A stretch of DNA of 64,000 bases from Corallochytrium limacisporum Hawaii (lineage: Eukaryota; Protista; Pluriformea): contig PDIP01000059.1 of NCBI GenBank assembly GCA_002811645.1, forward strand, positions 2,222 through 66,221. Reading direction: 5' to 3'. Below the pieces are notes generated by a model. It did not search any database. It had not been told where the DNA came from and worked only from the letters and a program-made list of their open reading frames with translations. This document shows positions 54,790-64,000 of this stretch, piece by piece. Position numbers and translations under genes: made by a program. Each line of letters starts with the position of its first letter. The first letter of the stretch is position 1.

Positions 54790-57700
54790 ATGCACTTTGC
54801 GATGAGTGTGGCACTGCTGAGTATGACTGCCATGATTGTGAATGGTCAACATACGGTTCCAGATCACTCTATAAGAGTGGATCATCGTTGCCTAGTCATT
54901 CAGCGTACACATATTGTTAATAATAAGTTTTTGCACTACCGAAGAGCAGAATCCTTCATTGCTCCGCTGGATGCTCTGGGTGTTCCGTACGATGTGTATG
55001 TGTACACTGCGGCAAAGGAGAATTATATGTGGACGCAGGATTTCTCGGGGATTGTGGCGGAGGAGCCCAGTAGGGGCAACAAGAACTGGCGCATTACCCA
55101 TGGTGTAGAACTGTCAGATATCTTACGACAGGGCCCGAAACATGGTCGCTACAGTTGTTTTCTGAAGACACCAACTGTCTTCTACGAAGACTGCGGGGAC
55201 GATCGTCGATGTCATGGTCCTTTTCTCTTTGATCAGTACGCAGAGGATCACCACAACATAGTGTTTACCTACCGGCAAGAGTTTCAGGCTCGTATGGTTT
55301 ATATGGGCTGCGCCACGCGTACTGGTATCACGTGCTCTCCTGGCCTCTCCGTGCCACAAGACGAAGGGCTTCTGAAGCAGATCATGCTCTCCAAAGAAGC
55401 ACTGAATTCGGACATTTTCCGGGGGTTTAATCCGCATTTTCTACCCTTAGACTTTACAAGTCCCGAGCCTGCAATTATAAGGCCAGCGGTCATTGATCAA
55501 TCCGCCGTGGACGTTCCCTACGAGGTTATTGCGCAGACTCTAGACGGGCGCAGTGTCATCCATACTCTGTCCCTTCCAGGCGTGAACGGTGCGGAGGTCC
55601 AGGAAATGTATCTAAACGGCGAGTTTTCTCCATTTGCCGACGATTCGCTCATAGTTGCGTGGGGCATTTGGATTCCCTGGGCCATGGACGGCTGGCTCGG
55701 TGGTGGTGTTCGCCGTGCTCAGCTACTGCAGAGGAGCTGGTGGTATGACACCTGGCCCAATCACCTGAAATACCCTGGCAAGTTTGCCGACCAGCGTATG
55801 GACCGCCTGGTGGATATCTTGTCCTTTAAACATTTAGTGGATGAGGACAAAAACTGCCTGTTTGTCCGCAAAGTCCTCTTCAAAGAATCGGGAGCCCGTG
55901 AATATGGCGAATATTATCCATTTTGCAGCGATGTGGACACGACTTACAGTACCACCGACGACGCTGCTTTTGACGTCGACCAACTGGCCGCCCCGGTAGC
56001 CTTTACTGACTGGCGAACATGCCTACCAACGGTTACCACGATTTACAACGACCCATCGAACACTGGCAGAGTGAATAAGAGCCATGTGTATGGTATTGAG
56101 CTGTCTGTCCAGCCTATTGATGCCAATGCCAGCAAGTGCAGAGTGGTGCCCGTTAGCAATCTGGACATTATTATTCGAGAGGATACTGGTAGGCCTGGAA
56201 ACATTCGTTCGTGGCTGTCGGTGGAAGTGAACGATGACATGTGGTCCACTCAGTATGGCTCTGAGGCGACCGTGTGGATCCCTGCCCCAACCAACTACAC
56301 CAGAGTGATTCCCACTACGTACATTACCTGCAACATGACCGAGTGGGAAATCACTGATCCACAGGGCCCTTGTCCTGAGGTTTGCGAAAACCCTCCAATC
56401 CGAACCCGCGAGCGCCAGGCTCATGCCGTAAAGGAAGAGCAGCCAGGTCAAGAATTGTGTGGCCCTCTCATCGAGGAGTACCAGTGCCCCGCAGTGTGCC
56501 CCATGGCCTGCCGCCTTGGAGAGTGGAGCGACTACCATCCGTGCACTGCAGATTGTACTCAGACCCGTTTTCGCGACATTCTCGTGCCCGCTTCAAACAA
56601 CGGGTCCTGTGATGACCTCCAACATACTATCAAGTCGTGTCTTCCTGGAGAGAATGCGTGTAGTCCAGATTGTCGACTCTCTGAGTGGTCCGAATTCGGT
56701 GTGTGCACTGATGCGTGTGTGCAAAGCCGTTCCCGCTTCCGCTACCCAGCAGCTGAAGGTGGAGCAGACTGTACTGGAGACGATCCATTGGTTGAAGAAC
56801 GGGAATGCGTTGCTGAGGGGTTCTGCACCCGCGAGTGTGTATTAGGTGAATGGGGCGACTGGTCTGGCTGCAGTGAACAATGCCAACAAAAGCGCATGCG
56901 GGACGTGGTTGTCGCTCCATGGCTGAAAACATGTCCAAAGAGTATAGAAGAGCGGCAGTGTTCTACGGGAGACTGCGACGTTGACTGTATGGTCACGGAA
57001 TGGACCGAGTGGTCCGTTTGTGACAAGAGGGTGGGAATAGAAGTCCGCAATCGCTTCATCACCCAGCCTCCAAACGCAAACGGTACTGACTGTCCAGATC
57101 TAGAGATGGTCCGCAATTGTCGCGTTGACTGTGAATTGGAGCAGGACTGGAAAATGGCATCAATTTGCAGTTCCTCTTGCGAGCAAGAAGTTGTTCGGGA
57201 CATAAAGTATGAGGCACTAAACAATGGCTCTACCTGTGAGACCATCATTGAGCGTGAACCGTGCACATCCGGCCTCTGCCAGGAGTCCGAAGTCGAGGGT
57301 GTGCAATCGCGCATAAACCTTCAGTCAATTGAGGACCTTCGCAAGGAAGGTGGTCTGATCCAGATCCGGGCTTTGGTCAAACCACTCGCCGGTAACATGA
57401 CTCCCTTGTCCCCTGAGGACCGTGTCAAGATTGCTGTGACCAATGCCATCAAAGATCACGATGTATCCTTCGATGACATTGTTGTCGCCGGCTACAGCAC
57501 TGAAAATCGCACAGTAACGGAGGGTGAGGATGCAAAGACTGAACTCTACGACATAATCTTCATATATACCGTGGCAGAAACGCAAAATCCCGGCATTTTG
57601 GCCTTGCAAGACCCTCCGGTTGCCGCAGGTCAGATTTTGAAGACCTACTCAAAGGGCCAAACCGAGGGGCTAGGCGCCAACATGGAGGCCTCAGCAACTA

Positions 57701-58200
57701 CTGGTGAGTACGTCTACGTTTCACAAGACCAGGATGACTCGTGGTCCCCAGTGTTGAAGTACGTTGTGCCAGTTGCAGCTGGTCTAGTCTTTGTCGTTTT
57801 CATCGTTTTTGCGATTGTGGGAGTGCGGAGGCACTACTCCAAGAAGAAACGTTGTATGGCTGAAAGTACCACCAGCTTGGACGGTTTCGCTGTCCGGGAT
57901 TCAAAAGCGGGAGAGATGAGTGACTCGGATATGTCTGTAGCGAGCCGTCAGACCGATCTCGAACGCAATAGTATCGCTTCAGTCGCGCCCTCAACGCGCA
58001 GCCGCAGTGATTCCGTTCGAAACAGTGTTACTGACACACAGAGGTCGAGTCCGCGTGTATCAAGTGTTGTCAAAGACGATACGTATAGCACAGTGGCCTC
58101 AGGTAGAAATCGAGGAAGTCTCCGGGAACGGAATCCTGTGCCTCAGGAAATGGACGGTGGCTGTGAGAACCGTGGCGAAGCTAAAGAAACTGGAACATGA
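54790..58200 (+). CDS. Type I membrane protein: Agd3-like N-terminal region + six spondin-type TSP1 repeats + TM + Ser/Arg-rich cytoplasmic tail
   Basis: Signal peptide; six C-x3-(E)W-x2-W/Y/F-x2-C...R-x-R repeats (about 56326-57280); TM VVPVAAGLVFVVFIVFAIVGV followed by RRHYSKKKR. Confidence 0.85.
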   Translation: MHFAMSVALLSMTAMIVNGQHTVPDHSIRVDHRCLVIQRTHIVNNKFLHYRRAESFIAPLDALGVPYDVYVYTAAKENYMWTQDFSGIVAEEPSRGNKNWRITHGVELSDILRQGPKHGRYSCFLKTPTVFYEDCGDDRRCHGPFLFDQYAEDHHNIVFTYRQEFQARMVYMGCATRTGITCSPGLSVPQDEGLLKQIMLSKEALNSDIFRGFNPHFLPLDFTSPEPAIIRPAVIDQSAVDVPYEVIAQTLDGRSVIHTLSLPGVNGAEVQEMYLNGEFSPFADDSLIVAWGIWIPWAMDGWLGGGVRRAQLLQRSWWYDTWPNHLKYPGKFADQRMDRLVDILSFKHLVDEDKNCLFVRKVLFKESGAREYGEYYPFCSDVDTTYSTTDDAAFDVDQLAAPVAFTDWRTCLPTVTTIYNDPSNTGRVNKSHVYGIELSVQPIDANASKCRVVPVSNLDIIIREDTGRPGNIRSWLSVEVNDDMWSTQYGSEATVWIPAPTNYTRVIPTTYITCNMTEWEITDPQGPCPEVCENPPIRTRERQAHAVKEEQPGQELCGPLIEEYQCPAVCPMACRLGEWSDYHPCTADCTQTRFRDILVPASNNGSCDDLQHTIKSCLPGENACSPDCRLSEWSEFGVCTDACVQSRSRFRYPAAEGGADCTGDDPLVEERECVAEGFCTRECVLGEWGDWSGCSEQCQQKRMRDVVVAPWLKTCPKSIEERQCSTGDCDVDCMVTEWTEWSVCDKRVGIEVRNRFITQPPNANGTDCPDLEMVRNCRVDCELEQDWKMASICSSSCEQEVVRDIKYEALNNGSTCETIIEREPCTSGLCQESEVEGVQSRINLQSIEDLRKEGGLIQIRALVKPLAGNMTPLSPEDRVKIAVTNAIKDHDVSFDDIVVAGYSTENRTVTEGEDAKTELYDIIFIYTVAETQNPGILALQDPPVAAGQILKTYSKGQTEGLGANMEASATTGEYVYVSQDQDDSWSPVLKYVVPVAAGLVFVVFIVFAIVGVRRHYSKKKRCMAESTTSLDGFAVRDSKAGEMSDSDMSVASRQTDLERNSIASVAPSTRSRSDSVRNSVTDTQRSSPRVSSVVKDDTYSTVASGRNRGSLRERNPVPQEMDGGCENRGEAKETGT

Positions 58201-58442
58201 CTTTTCACATCTTTAACAGGCACAAAGAAAGCAAAAGTGTGGAGACCAAAAAGTTAGCCAAGCAGGGGCAAGAAGTCGGCCAAGAAACCCCTTTTTAGGT
58301 CCTTGAAGTTTCCAATGTATACTCTACTTACGGAACCATCTTTTATTAGAATGACGCACTTCTCTGGCGGAAACGCGCCATGGTGATTACTATATTGTAA
58401 TGGTTTAGTTCTTCATAGGTCCAACGCTAATTGATGGTGAGA

Positions 58443-59861
<1,419 letters not shown>

Positions 59862-60800
59862 CTATTTTGTCTTTGTCGGTCGTTGCAACCGGGCTGCTCC
59901 GCCCAGTCTGCCACTGCCGCAAGAGTGAGCCTCAAATACCAAGAAAGTGATTGTTACAGACCCATGTTTTCGGTGACTTGCCATTAGGTTTTTATTGAGT
60001 CGGCGTCCTGTGAAATATTTTCCATGGTCTCTGTGGCGGAGGACAGCAGTCGTGCAGAAGACACAGGGTGTCTTTTTGCCGACAGCTCACCGCAGCAGTG
60101 TTTGACCGGTGGGCGGTCGATGGCTGTTTCTCCTCAACAGTCCGTGGTGGGAAGGGAAGGGATACCCGACCCGATGGGTGCCCGTGTGTTGCCACCCGCA
60201 CCACCCAATACTAAAACCCTCGGACCGCCACCACACAGGTGCTTCTGCTCTCCACCAGAGCGGTGCGGGGAAGCGGGCGGCAACCAGGCAGAATCCCAAA
60301 AAAACCGGTGCACTGGAGTCGCAACGACACTCTCTGCACGAAGCGGCGCGCCGCCTGTGTAGCACACGCCCGTGCAAAAAACACACTGTGAGCACCTGGA
60401 CATAACTATGATGTCCGTATATGTTTTATCATTTACCATAAGATAGAATTTTAATTTATATAGTTCCCGTGTGATTTGTGTCCACCCACCCACAGGGTTC
60501 CCGCCTGGGATCTGGGCCCCCTTCTCCCAACCCAACCTTTCCTCGGGCTCTCACCCTCCGCCGAGTAAAATAGGCCCCCGTTTCCGTGCCAGAGGGAGGA
60601 GTGGGAGAGAAAGAAAAGAGGGGGGGGGCCAAGAAAGCTCTGACCTCGCTTGTCTGCCCTTGCCCTAAAATATGGAAATGTACATTGTCACTTAGATGAA
60701 GATTACAATCAACGGTTGGAAAAATAATATTGTTCTCTATCTCACTAGCTTTCCGGAGACTTTGGGTTTGAATCCTGTACAAAGGCATGTACCAGTGTCT

Positions 60801-63569
60801 CTACATGACCGCCTCAACGGCTTTCCGGAAGAGGGACGCAACGTAGGGTTCCAGAGCACGGATAGTGACGTTATACTTTTGCTGCTCTCTTGACGTCTCC
60901 AGGCGCATTAATACACCGACTTGTTTGTCACCAAGTTTGATAATGCCAGCAGCAACGACATTGGCAGGATTGGGGTCGACTCCCTGCAAAATCTCCATAT
61001 TAAGGCCCTGGATCCGGTCCTGTACGTCGGTCATGTCAATGGGACGCTTGGCGTCGTTCATTTGCTGGCTCTGTTTGCCGTCCAGTGTCTTCCATCGTCC
61101 AATGAAGTCGGATCCTTGCATTGGCACCGGGTTGCTGAATTTCGTGATGAAAATCGGCACATAGAACACGGCAGTCCGGTGTACGCCATTTGGTCCTGCG
61201 TAGGTCACGAACACAATGGGGTGATCCTCAAACGGTTCCAGTGCCTCCGCGTTCAAAACTTGTGATGTTTGGCCCTGGGGTGCGAGCTCACTGTTTTCCG
61301 GTGGCTTGAGCTGCAAACGTACCTGTCCCTTAACACCCAGAGTGTACATTTTCACGTCCAGGGCACTGATGGGTTGCGAAGTCTTGTTACCGTAGAAGAA
61401 CGTGTAGCGGCCCAAGTTGTCTTTAAATTGACATTGCGCGCCGATCTGCAAGACATCGTCTTCAAATACTACGCCGCGGTCCACGGTCCAGAACTTTTGC
61501 AGGAACTGTTCAGCCTGGGGAGGTACACCAGACATGGGCATCTCCTGCAGCTCCCAACTGTTGTCCTCTTCGGGCTGTCCGGATCCATTGATCAGGTCTC
61601 CTTCCTGCTGTGCCTGGGCATCTGCGGCGGCGTCCGCCGCGTAGCCACTGAAATCTCCGCCGGTGGCAGAACCTCGGGTGACGGGTATGGCATCGTAGAC
61701 ACCTTCATTTGCACCCTTCTGTGCGCGCTCGCCAGCTTCCTTCTGCTTCGCCAGACGCTGCGCCAACCCAGATTCACGCTCGGGGAAAGGAGGCATCATG
61801 TCGAGAACGGTCTGGAACAGATCCTCCGGGGTTTGTTCAATCAGCTGCACGTACTCAAAGGCGCGCTGCTGAAGCTCGACATCTGGATTACGCATCAGAG
61901 CCGGAGACTTCAGGAACTGCAAAACCTCATCCTTGGTGTCCGGGCTCAGGTTGACCAGTTTCACAAAGGCAGTTAGAACCATGTGCTTAGTCTCATCACC
62001 GCACAAGGGGAACTTGGACTTGAGCAGCTCAAACTGTACATGGCCACTCGAGCGGGGGTCACCCGCGATTTCGTTACCGAATTCACCAAGGATGTAGGCA
62101 CCGACCTTCACCATATTCTCGTGGCAGGTAGGATTCGTCAGCGCGTTAAACACCATACCGGTGGCATAGCCTTGGATTTCCTTTTGGTTGATGATGATTT
62201 GAACAACGCGGTGCCATACTTCGTGGCTGACATGGTCGCCGGCAATCTTGATGAGTCGTAGGATGGTATCCACGTACCATGTGTAATCTTCCGCAAATGC
62301 CTCCGCAAGGAAGGCAGCTTTGAGAACCAAATCTTCCCGAATTTCGTAGTCGCTCCGCTCCAGGTAGTGAATCAGCTCCTTAACGATGCGCTTCGCATTG
62401 TCGTGGTCACAGAGGGCGTAGAGCAGATCGATGGCCTTGCGACGCACACTAATATCTCGATCCTTGAGAATCTGAATGACAATGTCAGTGTGATCCTTGA
62501 TGCAGCTCTTGGCGTACTCAATACCACAGAGATCGGTCAGCGACTCGAGGGCGAGATACTTAAGATTCGTCTCCTTCGGGTGCAGGTAGCGCCCCAGCAG
62601 GTTCACCGCCTGCAGCACCAGCTCGGTTTCCTCTTCGTAGTAACTAATCAGCTGGACGCATTCGAAGAGAATGGCATTCCGTGCGTTGTTGTGCTGGGTT
62701 ACCCGAGTCATTTCGGTCTTGGCAATGATGCGATTTAGTGTCTGGATAAGGGCGGAGCGGACACTGTCCTCCTTGGGTACGGGGTAGATCTGTAGGAACC
62801 GCAGCATACGCACCTGCAGCCACGGGGCGTTGACATCGTAGTAAAAGTGCGGTCCATGGTTCGCGGTGGTGACCATGCGGTTCAGGCGGGCCACGATCTT
62901 GGGCACAGCAATCGCGTACTGCACCGGGTTCTCGAGCGCCAGCACACTAATCAAGGTTACCACCGACTGGCACACGGCTGAGTCTGAGTCGTCAATCAGC
63001 TTGATGATACGGTCGTTCCATTCTGACTCTGGGAAGCATTCCGGGCTCTTCCGATACAGACGTAGAAGGGCCAGAGCAGCTTTCTTCTTGACGTCAACCT
63101 TGGCATCGTTGGCCACCAGGCGCTTTAGCACATCCCCGGCCAATTCATCGGCCATTTCCTTACCCGCAATGTTGCCAATGGCATTTAAAGCTAATCCAAC
63201 ATGAAAGTCCTGGATGCTTGTCAAGTCATGGCGGATGGCCTCAACAAGCAGGCGAGCCATTTCGTCATTCTCGTTAACCATGGTGGTCATGAACAGGTAA
63301 CCGATGGCCTTCTCTGTGTATACATCCGAGGACATGAGCTGTGTGGCCTGGACGTGTCCAAAATCAATATTGAGACCATACAAGTGCATGTAGATGAGCT
63401 TGCAAATGTACTTCTTGCGTTCATACCCAGTAATCTTACCGTCCTTCCGGAACTTATCACGGATCTTGCCCAACTCTTTGTTGATGCGTTTACTTTCCAG
63501 TTCCTTGCTCTTCGCATTGCGAATATCAGCAATGAAGCTGTGCAATCCACGCATTGCTTGGTCCGGCAT
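60801..63569 (-). CDS. AP2A: AP-2 complex subunit alpha (alpha-adaptin)
   Basis: MRGLHSFIADIRN, KRINKEL, KKYICKL, DVELQQRAFEY, MPPFPERES; C-terminal appendage with VDPNPANVV. Confidence 0.97.
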   Translation of the reverse strand: MPDQAMRGLHSFIADIRNAKSKELESKRINKELGKIRDKFRKDGKITGYERKKYICKLIYMHLYGLNIDFGHVQATQLMSSDVYTEKAIGYLFMTTMVNENDEMARLLVEAIRHDLTSIQDFHVGLALNAIGNIAGKEMADELAGDVLKRLVANDAKVDVKKKAALALLRLYRKSPECFPESEWNDRIIKLIDDSDSAVCQSVVTLISVLALENPVQYAIAVPKIVARLNRMVTTANHGPHFYYDVNAPWLQVRMLRFLQIYPVPKEDSVRSALIQTLNRIIAKTEMTRVTQHNNARNAILFECVQLISYYEEETELVLQAVNLLGRYLHPKETNLKYLALESLTDLCGIEYAKSCIKDHTDIVIQILKDRDISVRRKAIDLLYALCDHDNAKRIVKELIHYLERSDYEIREDLVLKAAFLAEAFAEDYTWYVDTILRLIKIAGDHVSHEVWHRVVQIIINQKEIQGYATGMVFNALTNPTCHENMVKVGAYILGEFGNEIAGDPRSSGHVQFELLKSKFPLCGDETKHMVLTAFVKLVNLSPDTKDEVLQFLKSPALMRNPDVELQQRAFEYVQLIEQTPEDLFQTVLDMMPPFPERESGLAQRLAKQKEAGERAQKGANEGVYDAIPVTRGSATGGDFSGYAADAAADAQAQQEGDLINGSGQPEEDNSWELQEMPMSGVPPQAEQFLQKFWTVDRGVVFEDDVLQIGAQCQFKDNLGRYTFFYGNKTSQPISALDVKMYTLGVKGQVRLQLKPPENSELAPQGQTSQVLNAEALEPFEDHPIVFVTYAGPNGVHRTAVFYVPIFITKFSNPVPMQGSDFIGRWKTLDGKQSQQMNDAKRPIDMTDVQDRIQGLNMEILQGVDPNPANVVAAGIIKLGDKQVGVLMRLETSREQQKYNVTIRALEPYVASLFRKAVEAVM

Positions 63570-64000
63570 GGTGGCTGTGTATAGTTTTTGGACTAACTAC
63601 TAATTTCGTTATCCAAGGCAACGTCTTAGAGAATAACCCTTGTCCTCTGGAACAAAAACTGCTCAGATAGCTTCACTTGTAGAGCCTCCATGGACATCAT
63701 ATCCTTGCGCCTATCATATTTTACTGCTCAATGCTTTATCTGTTCTTGAATGCCAACCATGAAATACCGCACAACATATGCCTCTTACATGTTTCTTTTC
63801 CAATTCGCGTCGCGAACTTCGCGCTCGTACACGGTCTCGTCCCAACACCCCCCCCCCCTCCTTCCTTTCTTCCCCTGCTCTCGCTCACCCTGTGATAACC
63901 GCTGACCAACCAACCAACCGCTTGCCAACAGCCACAAATTATGAACCACTACGGACACTTTCCCGGCTCGCACTGGCAGGAAGAAGCGCCGCCCCCCCCC

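Overview
Eukaryotic, gene-dense window with no introns evident inside coding regions and opisthokont/holozoan-type genes. A unicellular holozoan such as the intron-poor Corallochytrium is a plausible source (inference only). About 19 protein genes are recognisable: a P4-ATPase flippase, an Spt7-like bromodomain/histone-fold protein, synaptobrevin, MSH3, PUM3/Puf6, PNKP, a GT77-type glycosyltransferase, DXO/Rai1, a ZIP transporter, a GH18 chitinase with two CBM2-like modules, a front-end fatty acid desaturase, an NDFIP/Bsd2-like adaptor, CDC7, a bZIP factor, FHIT, a TSP1-repeat membrane protein, RUVBL2 and AP-2 alpha adaptin. The strongest hidden feature is split in two by the ORF track: an AhpC/peroxiredoxin-like selenoprotein. 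Its in-frame TGA (40289-40291) sits in a W-U-P-Y-C redox motif, a canonical eukaryotic SECIS follows about 50 nt after the stop, and it has a C-terminal membrane anchor. Other notable signals: an apparent Agd3-like (CBM87) ectodomain lacking its deacetylase core and fused to TSP1 repeats; a frame break in the DXO N-terminus; E2F-type sites about 265 nt upstream of both MSH3 and CDC7; and recurrent C-run/G-run palindromes marking promoter-containing intergenic DNA. I found no tRNA, rRNA, CRISPR array or transposon I could support.
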